A stretch of 64,000 nucleotides of DNA from Escherichia phage moskry, in the sequence record MN850651.1, one strand, 5' to 3'. Of the stretch, positions 34,440-43,441 are shown piece by piece (the first letter of the stretch is position 1; every line of letters starts with the position of its first letter). Below the pieces are notes generated by a model that was given only the letters and a program-made list of their open reading frames with translations, did not search any database and had not been told where the DNA came from. Both the position numbers and the translations under genes were made by a program.

Positions 34440-34903
34440 AAAGAGTCTCTTAATAGGTTTAACACATCAATAAATTCAGCTTCGGTTAATATTGTATCAT
34501 CTTTTGTTAGGTGGCTGGCCATGCTGTGCTTCAAAATTTTTCCTTTCGAAGCCTGTAATGCATCACGAAAGCCTTTGTTTTGGATCGCGGCTTCAAAATA
34601 TGCATTTGTGTATAATTCTTTCCACGCTTCAGAGTATCTTGAAAATGGAACTCCTAACCAGAAGAGAGTCCCATGGTCCTGAGCTCTTGCATAAGACCTT
34701 CCGGCTTGCTGTGCGGCCAGTCCTGACAGCCCAAATATACGTCTTTGTTGTTCAACATTTTTCACCTTACATCCTTGGAGAAATCCTTCAAGACCTCCGA
34801 ATTGAATACCATCCATAACGAAAGGCCACTGGGCAAAATTACTTAATGCACATGACGGCCATCTAAAATTGCTTCTAATCTCTAACTCAGACATCTTTAA
34901 CAC
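34436..34903 (-). CDS. NADAR / YbiA-like domain protein (30.3 position)
   Basis: 155 aa; LSNFAQWPFVMDGIQF...LEGFLQGCK parallels E. coli YbiA FSNFAAWPIKVDGKTW...SEHYFQAQK; ATGA overlap with the HAD gene. Confidence 0.75.
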   Translation of the reverse strand: MLKMSELEIRSNFRWPSCALSNFAQWPFVMDGIQFGGLEGFLQGCKVKNVEQQRRIFGLSGLAAQQAGRSYARAQDHGTLFWLGVPFSRYSEAWKELYTNAYFEAAIQNKGFRDALQASKGKILKHSMASHLTKDDTILTEAEFIDVLNLLRDSL

Positions 34904-35099
34904 TTATAATTTCAACATCAGCCCAATGTCCATAAGCCGGTAGACGGTCTTTGATAGATAATCCACCGTCATATTTCAGCATTTTAATTGTTTTAGTATA
35001 TGGTTCAACTTTTCGGGCCCATGGGCTTACATCAGTCACACGATACGTAACTTCAATCATTTCCATACCAAACAATTTCTGGATTAATTTATTCAACAT
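34887..35099 (-). CDS. Hypothetical early protein
   Basis: 70 aa ORF in compact minus-strand array. Confidence 0.6.
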   Translation of the reverse strand: MLNKLIQKLFGMEMIEVTYRVTDVSPWARKVEPYTKTIKMLKYDGGLSIKDRLPAYGHWADVEIISVKDV

Positions 35100-35286
35100 G
35101 TTTCAACCCTTTAATAGGAGATAACTCTTTACCCATACGTATGTCAGAAGTCCAATCAACCCATTGAACAGCATACGCTTCATTGATAATTCCAGCGGCG
35201 GTTTTAAATTCAGGGAGAACTTTAAAAATCACCCCAGGAATTCCAACACCTTTTAATTGGACTGTTTGTGCTATTAAAAATTTCAT
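35089..35286 (-). CDS. Hypothetical early protein
   Basis: 65 aa ORF in compact minus-strand array. Confidence 0.6.
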   Translation of the reverse strand: MKFLIAQTVQLKGVGIPGVIFKVLPEFKTAAGIINEAYAVQWVDWTSDIRMGKELSPIKGLKHVE

Positions 35287-35340
35287 ATTTTTCCACTTAC
35301 TAAAGAAATCGTTATACTCTAATCCGTTCTTGGATGTAAA

Positions 35341-35955
35341 CTACTTAACGAAATTAATTTCTACCGGATGAACAACAGGTTGAGCAGTGATATATTGAGT
35401 AATTGCTTTCATGACTAGAGCTTCAGAACCAGGATTTTTCTCAACGAATTCACGTGCTTGGTTATGGGCTTCAAGTTCACTTAGTAAACCGGAACGTTGG
35501 CATCCACGGTCTTGAGTACCCTGTTCAGATAAAAAGACGACTATGTATTTTTCATCGTCATACGGTTTAGACGGTTGAGCAAATGTTCCTTTACTTCCAA
35601 AAGGAGAGTTATGACGCCACATCACGCCGTGAGGAGTTTCAACCTTCGTATATTCGTGCGGGCCATTTTTCTTAGTTTCTTGATGTGGAACTTCGTGGAC
35701 CTTAGGGTTAGGACATTCAATAAAATGCTCATCTAAATCGGTCGAGAATATTAAAGTAAAACAATTACTAAATTTACCAACACCTGCCTGATAAATTTTA
35801 CCTTCAGAAGTTCTAATTTCACAAACTGAGCCAGCATCAGTAACTTCTAAAACTTCAAAAGGCTCGATAAGGTCATATGAGAACATGTTTTTAAGGCGTG
35901 GAGTAATATCCCCATTTTTAAAATTCATTTTATAAAAAGTATTAACTTTAAACAT
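35341..35955 (-). CDS. Hypothetical early protein, 204 aa
   Basis: Long ORF with ATG start; hairpin upstream; no recognised motif. Confidence 0.75.
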   Translation of the reverse strand: MFKVNTFYKMNFKNGDITPRLKNMFSYDLIEPFEVLEVTDAGSVCEIRTSEGKIYQAGVGKFSNCFTLIFSTDLDEHFIECPNPKVHEVPHQETKKNGPHEYTKVETPHGVMWRHNSPFGSKGTFAQPSKPYDDEKYIVVFLSEQGTQDRGCQRSGLLSELEAHNQAREFVEKNPGSEALVMKAITQYITAQPVVHPVEINFVK

Positions 35956-35966
35956 AATTTCCTCAA

Positions 35967-35984
35967 TGGGAGCCGAAGCTCCCA
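35967..35984 (-). terminator. Intergenic hairpin (UUCG tetraloop) between two hypothetical early genes
   Basis: TGGGAGC-cgaa-GCTCCCA on plus strand; terminator or RNA processing/stability element. Confidence 0.5.
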
Positions 35985-35990
35985 GTTAAA

Positions 35991-36356
35991 TTAGATATCA
36001 AATTCGTTAAGAACTACATCAAAGATTGCTTCGAGATGTTCAGGTTTAGCTCGGTTACTCAGGATATGACGAATCCAAGTTTTAACCAGAAGTTTACGAT
36101 TAACACCATTCCAGCAAGGATGAGTACCTAAATCACGTTGACGGAAATCATCATCTAATGCAATTTTGAAGTTGGAACCTTCCATTGTGATTGAAACCGT
36201 GATGCCATTTTCAAATCGCATATAAACATAATTAGGAGTCATATACTGCTCAATTTCACATACTGAACCATTTTTATGCTTCCACAAACAAACCATATCG
36301 ATAGAACCAGCGATACCGTTAGAAACATATTTGCGTTCGAAGTTGGTGTAGTTCAT
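35991..36356 (-). CDS. Hypothetical early protein, 121 aa
   Basis: ORF with its own early-type promoter (about 36396-36426). Confidence 0.75.
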   Translation of the reverse strand: MNYTNFERKYVSNGIAGSIDMVCLWKHKNGSVCEIEQYMTPNYVYMRFENGITVSITMEGSNFKIALDDDFRQRDLGTHPCWNGVNRKLLVKTWIRHILSNRAKPEHLEAIFDVVLNEFDI

Positions 36357-36395
36357 TTTATTCTCCAGATGTTTAAGTTGTTTGTTGGTACAGGT

Positions 36396-36426
36396 CTATA
36401 ATAACATAACCTGTACCAAAGTAAAC
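36396..36426 (-). promoter_or_regulatory. Early-type promoter upstream of the 121-aa hypothetical gene
   Basis: GTTTAC-N17-TATTATAG on minus strand. Confidence 0.55.
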
Positions 36427-36430
36427 TGTT

Positions 36431-36799
36431 TTATGCAACTTTAATCCAATTGTCTAAATTTAAAACACCTTTGGCTTTCATTTTTTCGATCAGGTTATCT
36501 GCTGTAATGCGTCCATTTTGATACCATGTAACATCTTCAGAGTAACCAGTTTCTTCGTCAACATATGTTTCTGAACGAATTTTACCGGTAATAATAGTTT
36601 TTAATTCGTATGTGTCGCCTGTGAAAAAGTTTGCTAACACAATTTTCCAAGAGAAATCATCAGAAGGACCTTCAGGGGTCATACAACCTACGAACTCAAA
36701 TTGCTCTTTGTATAACATCCACTGGAATTCTTTAATTTCGATAGCTTTATAACCGTCATGGTCTTTACATTTGATGTATGAGTTCAGATTGATTTTCAT
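36431..36799 (-). CDS. Hypothetical early protein, 122 aa
   Basis: ORF with its own early-type promoter (about 36838-36869). Confidence 0.75.
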   Translation of the reverse strand: MKINLNSYIKCKDHDGYKAIEIKEFQWMLYKEQFEFVGCMTPEGPSDDFSWKIVLANFFTGDTYELKTIITGKIRSETYVDEETGYSEDVTWYQNGRITADNLIEKMKAKGVLNLDNWIKVA

Positions 36800-36837
36800 T
36801 TTATTCTCCGATTGTTTTATTGATTAGGTGGTACAAG

Positions 36838-36869
36838 TCTATAGTAACACCATCCTACAGGATAGTAAA
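36838..36869 (-). promoter_or_regulatory. Early-type promoter upstream of the 122-aa hypothetical gene
   Basis: GTTTAC-N18-TACTATAG on minus strand. Confidence 0.6.
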
Positions 36870-36907
36870 CATCTTTTTTAAACTTTTTCTGCCCTAAACG
36901 CACAAAA

Positions 36908-36925
36908 GGGAGACCGAAGTCTCCC
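36908..36925 (-). terminator. Intrinsic terminator after the 59-aa basic ORF
   Basis: Minus sense GGGAGAC-UUCG-GUCUCCC followed by UUUUGUG. Confidence 0.75.
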
Positions 36926-36930
36926 TAAAA

Positions 36931-37110
36931 TTATGCAACAACCTTTCCAAAACGAGAAGCATCATCTCGAAGAACTGCACGTGCTCTGCGCATGATCTTC
37001 TCAACTGTTTGATTAATACGAGAGTTCGACCCACGCTTGTATCCAGCGCGTTTAGAGGTACCATCAACTTTCTTTTCAACTGCTTTCTTTGCTTTAGCTT
37101 GTTTTGCCAT
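36931..37110 (-). CDS. Small highly basic protein, 59 aa (not in ORF track)
   Basis: Translated by hand: MAKQAKAKKAVEKKVDGTSKRAGYKRGSNSRINQTVEKIMRRARAVLRDDASRFGKVVA; followed by GGGAGAC-UUCG-GUCUCCC terminator hairpin; overlapping track ORFs 36894..37079(-) and 37009..37242(+) judged spurious; coordinates +/-2 nt. Confidence 0.6.
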   Translation of the reverse strand: MAKQAKAKKAVEKKVDGTSKRAGYKRGSNSRINQTVEKIMRRARAVLRDDASRFGKVVA

Positions 37111-37406
37111 TATAAATTCTCTTTAAATGAAAATGCAGGACTTATTGACATTGCCTGCGCAAGCCCTCAAGGGGAACATAGGTTTTGGATATTTAACGAC
37201 AGGATAACCATAAACCTCGTCATCATACCAACCACGACTTAGACAGATAACCTTTTTCTGACGCGTGATAGTATAAAATACATTCAAGAGGTACACCGTA
37301 AAACTGCCGGGGTCTTAAAACTATAATGATTCGCAAATCATTAATCAGACAGTTCGACGGCTCCTCGATTTTCTAGCCGCACTTAAGGTAGCGAATCACC
37401 TAAAAC

Positions 37407-37655
37407 TTATTTAAGGGTGATAACAAAATGACGTACTGCTTTACGAGCTGCAGAAGCCAAAGGCTTAGCATATTTCAGTTCATCTTTTGCTTCCAGTTCA
37501 GAAGCCAAAGCTGCCTGTACCGGGTTCAGATGTTTGAAATATCGCAGGATTTCAAGAGCTTCGGCTTCAACATCAATAGATGCGCCATAGTTTTCGTGGC
37601 CGTTATTCCATGCGTTTCGTTGCAGTTCAAGAGCGTGTTGTAATTGTTTAATCAT
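37407..37655 (-). CDS. rIII: rIII lysis inhibition accessory protein
   Basis: 82 aa, same length as T4 RIII; MIKQLQHALELQRNAWNNGHENYGASIDVEAEALEILRYFKHL. Confidence 0.95.
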   Translation of the reverse strand: MIKQLQHALELQRNAWNNGHENYGASIDVEAEALEILRYFKHLNPVQAALASELEAKDELKYAKPLASAARKAVRHFVITLK

Positions 37656-37771
37656 TTTAAATTCTCAATTCGAGATAATATTTAGTAGCCACGTTCGTCT
37701 GAATTTCACTTCCTTTCGACAAGTCTCTCAGTTGTAGGCTACCGCTTAGAAGAGTGTTCTCTTCATATAGT

Positions 37772-37779
37772 TATTTATA
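37772..37779 (-). promoter_or_regulatory. Late promoter (TATAAATA on minus strand) between 31 and rIII
   Basis: Plus strand TATTTATA immediately downstream of gene 31 stop. Confidence 0.5.
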
Positions 37780-38112
37780 TCACTTATAAAGACACGGAAT
37801 AGCTTTATAGTGGCATGTTACGAATTTCTGTTTAATTTCTTTAGGATGTTTAAGTCCCAAAGCCACAAATGGATGTGGAACATTTCGAATTTGTCCAACT
37901 GGTAGTGGAGTCAAATCACCGACTTCAACAAAACCTTTAGGAACATCAGGACCTACAGAATGAACTACACATAGTTCAGGAACTTCACCTTGAACACGTT
38001 TACCAATCACAAGTCCTGATTCGGTAACTTCTTCATCACCTGCTTGAGCGGGTTCAGAAACCAGAATAACATATTCACCAACAGCACGAATTGGGAGTTG
38101 TACTTCAGACAT
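37780..38112 (-). CDS. 31: Co-chaperonin gp31 (GroES analogue for capsid folding)
   Basis: 110 aa; [29 protein letters not shown] matches T4 gp31 (111 aa). Confidence 0.95.
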   Translation of the reverse strand: MSEVQLPIRAVGEYVILVSEPAQAGDEEVTESGLVIGKRVQGEVPELCVVHSVGPDVPKGFVEVGDLTPLPVGQIRNVPHPFVALGLKHPKEIKQKFVTCHYKAIPCLYK

Positions 38113-38140
38113 CTTATTTCCTTGTTGTTTGACGATAGAT

Positions 38141-38169
38141 TAATAATACCATACTATTCGTAAAGCATA
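38141..38169 (-). promoter_or_regulatory. Candidate MotA-dependent middle promoter upstream of gene 31
   Basis: Minus strand has ATGCTTTA (MotA-box-like) followed about 12 nt later by TATTAT. Confidence 0.4.
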
Positions 38170-38466
38170 TTACATAAGAAGCAAACGTTCTACTGGAGTA
38201 CCATCAACCGAAATTACTTTATCAAGGCGGAAAGAACGCCACTGACCTAACTCGGTATCGAATGCTCGAACTGATTCACGAGGTTCAGAACGAACTTCTG
38301 TTGATGGGTTACTATTTTCATATTTGACTTCAAGTTCATCGCGGGAGGCAAACATCGTACGAACATCACCGTTAGCCTTTTCAAATACAACACAATGAAC
38401 GCCTACAGACAGAATAGTTTTAATACGTTCACGAAGAACCATAGTTTCTCGTTCAGTTAAAATCAT
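38170..38466 (-). CDS. Hypothetical protein downstream of cd
   Basis: Track start 38478 is GTG overlapping cd; in-frame ATG at 38466 just after cd stop; about 98 aa. Confidence 0.65.
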   Translation of the reverse strand: MILTERETMVLRERIKTILSVGVHCVVFEKANGDVRTMFASRDELEVKYENSNPSTEVRSEPRESVRAFDTELGQWRSFRLDKVISVDGTPVERLLLM

Positions 38467-38467
38467 A

Positions 38468-39049
38468 TTATTCACCACAAAAGTTTCGGATTTGTTCCCA
38501 ATTCAGAGAACGAAGATTATTACGAGAGTACTGAATTACTTCAATACCGGCTTGTTTTAGAATGTCGGCCCAATTTTCAGGAGATCTGTCATATAATTCC
38601 GCGTATACAACCTTTTTAATACCTGACTGCGTAATAGCTTTAGTGCAATCAGGACACGGAGAAAGCGTAGTATATAACGTAGCACCTTCAATAGAATTAC
38701 CTTTACGAGCTGCAAACAAAATTGCGTTCAGTTCCGCATGGATTTCGTTATTAGCAGACCATGCACTATGAGCGGCCCGATGTTCTTTAGCCAAAACAAA
38801 ATTATCCACCCGTCCAAATGCTGTAGTGCCTTCTTTATGCCCAGCAACGATGACCGGGCTTGGTTTATTCTTCAACCAACCGTTTTCGGATGCATGTTCA
38901 CAACAGTTAACACCACCGGCCGGGCTACCGTTATACCCAGTAGAAATAATGCGCCCATCTTTTTCAATGACGGCACCAACTTTCCATGAACAACATTTTG
39001 ATTCTTGAGAAATCAGATATGCAATCTGAAGGTATGTGCTAGCTTTCAT
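38468..39049 (-). CDS. cd: dCMP deaminase
   Basis: 193 aa as in T4 Cd; MKASTYLQIAYLISQESKCCSWKVGAVIEK; zinc-binding HAE...PCxxC deaminase motifs. Confidence 0.95.
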   Translation of the reverse strand: MKASTYLQIAYLISQESKCCSWKVGAVIEKDGRIISTGYNGSPAGGVNCCEHASENGWLKNKPSPVIVAGHKEGTTAFGRVDNFVLAKEHRAAHSAWSANNEIHAELNAILFAARKGNSIEGATLYTTLSPCPDCTKAITQSGIKKVVYAELYDRSPENWADILKQAGIEVIQYSRNNLRSLNWEQIRNFCGE

Positions 39050-40041
39050 TATTGAACCTTATTAATATAAGTTAACAGCTCTTTAGTTTGTTCCCAACTG
39101 ATGCACGCATCGGTAACGGAAACGCCATAGGACATATTATCAGAAATTTTTTGATTTCCTTCATGTAGGAATGATTCTATCATAATTCCTTTGACCAAAT
39201 CATTAGCTGCTAAATTTTTACCAATACCAATTTGATTGCTATAATGCCCATCAGCGTTTGCATGGCTACAGTCAACCATTACATAATGATTCAGACCTAC
39301 TGCACTTGCTTTGTTAGAAGCTTCTTGAATATCAGAAGAATGATAGTTCGGGCCGTTGGTCCCGCCACGCAATACGATATGCGTATTCTGATTACCTTCA
39401 GCTTCAACAATGCCTACAGTACCATCGACGTCCATACCCATATACCGATGAGGCCAGGCGGCACTATACATCGCGTCTGTAGCTACTTTAATAGAACCAT
39501 TGGTTGCGTTCTTGAAGCCTACGCACATCGGTAGACCTGAAGCAATTTCACGATGTGTCTGACTTTCAGTCGTACGGGCGCCAATAGCAACCCATGAGAA
39601 AATACCAGAAAGATACTTAATCGTGAATGGGTCTAATACTTCAGTTGCTAATGGAAGTCCCATACGTAGAAGTTTACGACACAATGTTCGTGCAACTATA
39701 AGACCGTGGTTCATATCAAAACTTCCGTCAAGATATGGATCATTTACAAGACCTTTCCAACCTACGGTAGTTCGAGGCTTTTCAAAATAAACGCGCATCA
39801 CTAACAGAACATTAGGAAGACGAGTTTGAAGTTCAGCCAAACGTTTGCCGTATTCAACAGCAGCAATAGGGTCATGAATTGAACAAGGACCTACAACAAT
39901 AAGTTTGCGTGGGTCTTCACCGTTCATAATCGAATTAACTTGTTCGCGATGAGAAGCCACTTGTGATGCGTAAGCTTCCGACAAAGGAATAATCTCAGCC
40001 AGTTCTTTTGGAGAAATAAGTTTTCCGACGACAGGTAACAT
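39049..40041 (-). CDS. 3-deoxy-D-arabino-heptulosonate-7-phosphate (DAHP) synthase, class I (AroG/AroF/AroH family)
   Basis: 330 aa; near-identical blocks to E. coli AroG: LIVVGPCSIHDP, MRVYFEKPRTTVGWKGL, AIGARTTESQ, VGFKN, HIVLRGG, DCSHAN, MIESFLHEGNQ, SVTDACI; metal-binding Cys/His/Glu/Asp all present; AAGGA SD before ATG; not present in T4. Confidence 0.88.
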   Translation of the reverse strand: MLPVVGKLISPKELAEIIPLSEAYASQVASHREQVNSIMNGEDPRKLIVVGPCSIHDPIAAVEYGKRLAELQTRLPNVLLVMRVYFEKPRTTVGWKGLVNDPYLDGSFDMNHGLIVARTLCRKLLRMGLPLATEVLDPFTIKYLSGIFSWVAIGARTTESQTHREIASGLPMCVGFKNATNGSIKVATDAMYSAAWPHRYMGMDVDGTVGIVEAEGNQNTHIVLRGGTNGPNYHSSDIQEASNKASAVGLNHYVMVDCSHANADGHYSNQIGIGKNLAANDLVKGIMIESFLHEGNQKISDNMSYGVSVTDACISWEQTKELLTYINKVQ

Positions 40042-40161
40042 AACAATCCTTAGGAGATATAAACAGATTCTGATTCAACAATACCTTTAACCGGATTAGA
40101 CAGGCTAAGTTGGTAGTGCTCAGATTTATGACCATTCTCGATAGTAATGAGATAGCTCTCA

Positions 40162-40398
40162 TTATAGTGTTCCATATACTCGAGTTGCTTCAACAAGACC
40201 ATCACTGCCTAATTTAAGATTAGTAATTTGGTCGCCATCTTTAGGATTTACAATTATGAGAAAAGAACGTGGAGATTCTTGAATAACTCGTAATGTTGCA
40301 TCCTGGAAACGTTCAGACACTTTATTTATGAGTGCTTGAGCAAATTCTTTTACTTTAATCTGAAATTCGTGCACTGTAATTGGGTTTTCACTTAGCAT
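40162..40398 (-). CDS. Hypothetical early protein (cd.x-like)
   Basis: 78 aa ORF with early-type promoter upstream (about 40426-40457). Confidence 0.65.
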   Translation of the reverse strand: MLSENPITVHEFQIKVKEFAQALINKVSERFQDATLRVIQESPRSFLIIVNPKDGDQITNLKLGSDGLVEATRVYGTL

Positions 40399-40425
40399 TC
40401 TGTTTTCCTCATTGTGTTGGTAGAG

Positions 40426-40457
40426 TTATAGTATCACAACTCTACCATGTTGTAAAC
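40426..40457 (-). promoter_or_regulatory. Early-type promoter upstream of the 78-aa cd.x-like gene
   Basis: GTTTAC-N18-TACTATAA on minus strand. Confidence 0.55.
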
Positions 40458-40459
40458 CA

Positions 40460-40735
40460 TTAAATTGCTTTGCATTCAATTTTTTGTGTACCGAAATTGA
40501 TATCACATTGGATAACTAAATCGCCGTCAAGATCAAATACCACGATGACGTGTGCAGACCCAGGGAGAAGAGTAATAGCAATAGAATCTACTTGGTTTGG
40601 GAGCAAAGCATTGAGTACATGAGTTACTTGAGCATGAACTCTGAGTTCGGCTGCATTATCAAGCACTTCAAACATATTATTAGCAATAATCTGACTGAAG
40701 ACTACCTTTACAATTTCAGAATAAGTTGGGAACAT
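40460..40735 (-). CDS. Hypothetical early protein (cd.x-like)
   Basis: 91 aa ORF in compact array between pseT and cd. Confidence 0.65.
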   Translation of the reverse strand: MFPTYSEIVKVVFSQIIANNMFEVLDNAAELRVHAQVTHVLNALLPNQVDSIAITLLPGSAHVIVVFDLDGDLVIQCDINFGTQKIECKAI

Positions 40736-40742
40736 AATTACC

Positions 40743-40967
40743 TCAGTGCACAGTATTTACTTTAACTCGAACAACAAATCGCTCGGTTGGTTCACCTACA
40801 GGAACAAACTCTACATGATATTCGCCTTTGTAACGAGTATTCAGATCATTACGAATTCCTGCGAGTTTGTTGATTAATGTAGGACTCATATTAAGTCCCA
40901 CTAGTTTACGAAGCATTTTGTATGCTTCATCTTCGATTTCATGATGTTTATCGTACATAGTTTTCAT
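40743..40967 (-). CDS. Hypothetical early protein (cd.x-like)
   Basis: 74 aa ORF in compact array. Confidence 0.65.
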   Translation of the reverse strand: MKTMYDKHHEIEDEAYKMLRKLVGLNMSPTLINKLAGIRNDLNTRYKGEYHVEFVPVGEPTERFVVRVKVNTVH

Positions 40968-41138
40968 TTAACCATTCAATTGCCTGGTCGACGTTATCAA
41001 ATATACCACCGTCCAACCATTCTTCATGTTCATAGTCCAGCACATCAATACCGAACCGTCCATTTACTAAAGGCCATACTACAAACAAATATTCTTTATG
41101 CTGTTCGATGACCTCAATCACTTCATATAATCGTTTCA

Positions 41139-41139
<1 letters not shown>
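40948..41139 (-). CDS. Hypothetical early protein (cd.x-like)
   Basis: 63 aa ORF immediately downstream of pseT. Confidence 0.6.
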
Positions 41140-42225
<1,086 letters not shown>

Positions 42226-42226
<1 letters not shown>

Positions 42227-42525
42227 TATTTGATTCCTAAGAAAGCTTCAAGAATACGAATGTTGAGTTCGCGCCGGTCTTTATTAATTTCAGCAACGTT
42301 TTTATTAATTGACGTACTTCTAACGTTTGAAGAAATAAATTTAATCATATGACTTTTGAGTTGTTGCAAATCCAACCCTTTTTCTTTAGCAGCTTTACGA
42401 AGAGCTTTACCTGCTTCATCTAGTGCTTTTGCCGCATCTTTATCATAATTGCCAAGTGACATTCCGCGGCAGATATCAATATACTCATCAGACCGTTTGA
42501 TGTAATTCTCTAGTAATGTTTTCAT
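42226..42525 (-). CDS. Hypothetical protein
   Basis: 99 aa ORF. Confidence 0.65.
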
Positions 42526-42582
42526 TTAGATTTCCTCAATTATCCATAGGAGCATTATACTCTGCTCCCGAGAGTTTGTAAA

Positions 42583-42807
42583 CTATTTTACTAAAGATTC
42601 AATATACTCATGAAGAGCTTTAGTCGCTACTGCCCACTTATTCTGATATTCATTTTTCAGATTAGCACGAGACTGAACTAACAAGCGGTCATTAGTCGGA
42701 GGCAAAGATTCTAATCGTTGAATCTGGCGTCCATAAATCATAGCCGCCATTTCAGATTCATAGATAAGCCCTTTAATGTATTCATGCTGTTCTTTAGTCA
42801 TTGGCAT
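42583..42807 (-). CDS. Hypothetical protein
   Basis: 74 aa ORF. Confidence 0.65.
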   Translation of the reverse strand: MPMTKEQHEYIKGLIYESEMAAMIYGRQIQRLESLPPTNDRLLVQSRANLKNEYQNKWAVATKALHEYIESLVK

Positions 42808-43088
42808 TTTTCCTCTTTTAAACCACTACGATAATAACATAACATAGTCTTCTGGTCATGTATATATCTTTTTACGTCGTTTAACCAGATACGAAATTCT
42901 TGAGAGTCTTCAAATGGCATTCCAACCCACGGATTACCATCAATAACCTTTACTTGCCATTTCTGGTTGTATTCGGAAATAGGCGTAGGCCATGAAGGAT
43001 GTAAAGTTTCTTTAGGGCTTACTGGCACATCCTGAGTACATCCAACTAGGAGACCAATAGATAATACAGCCACAGTTAATTTAATCAT
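42798..43088 (-). CDS. Outer-membrane spanin subunit (o-spanin lipoprotein)
   Basis: 96 aa; signal peptide with lipobox LLVGC; C-terminal Cys; immediately downstream of and overlapping the i-spanin gene. Confidence 0.8.
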   Translation of the reverse strand: MIKLTVAVLSIGLLVGCTQDVPVSPKETLHPSWPTPISEYNQKWQVKVIDGNPWVGMPFEDSQEFRIWLNDVKRYIHDQKTMLCYYRSGLKEEKCQ

Positions 43089-43441
43089 TCTGAGAGCTTC
43101 CTGAGGTCTTCTGCAAAGGAATCGAAGGACCTGTTGATTTGTTTTTCGACCAATCCTGGCTTACTTGCCACCACGTTCTTCTTCTTCGAATCCTTACGGA
43201 GCTTTTCATTTTCAGCCTTAAGTTGGTCAACTAAAACACGGTTCTTATAAGTCATTTCTTCGATTGACTGATATTGAATCTTGAAGTCGTCTAATACTTT
43301 AGCATTGTTTTTAGCAGTCTCTTTAACAGAAGCCAATTCAGTATTCAGCGAATCGACTTTATGGTTCAGAAATGCTATTGTTACAGTAGCAACAACTGCA
43401 AAAGCTGCCACTACAATATATGATGCATTTACTTTAAGCAT
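43085..43441 (-). CDS. Inner-membrane spanin subunit (i-spanin)
   Basis: 118 aa; N-terminal transmembrane helix YIVVAAFAVVATVTIAFL then coiled-coil-like periplasmic domain; two-component spanin architecture. Confidence 0.8.
   Translation of the reverse strand: MLKVNASYIVVAAFAVVATVTIAFLNHKVDSLNTELASVKETAKNNAKVLDDFKIQYQSIEEMTYKNRVLVDQLKAENEKLRKDSKKKNVVASKPGLVEKQINRSFDSFAEDLRKLSE

Noticed and set aside
37009-37242. Plus-strand 77-aa ORF (and minus-strand 61-aa ORF 36894..37079) from the six-frame track
   Set aside because: Both overlap the better-supported 59-aa minus-strand ORF 36931..37110, which has an ATG and a terminator. The plus ORF runs against the uniform minus-strand transcription of this block and has no RBS.
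37381-37400. Sequence TTAAGGTAGCGAA resembling a conserved 23S rRNA segment
   Set aside because: Only about 13 nt of similarity with no surrounding rRNA context; judged coincidental.
37301-37400. Possible tRNA in the rIII-downstream gap (GTTCGA motif)
   Set aside because: No cloverleaf could be assembled on either strand: no acceptor stem pairing and no T-loop GGTTCGAATCC-like context.
38116-38160. Plus-strand sigma70-like promoter (TTGACG-N17-TACTAT) between 31 and the gene downstream of cd
   Set aside because: Orientation opposes all neighbouring genes; the same bases are better explained as part of a minus-strand middle-type promoter for gene 31.
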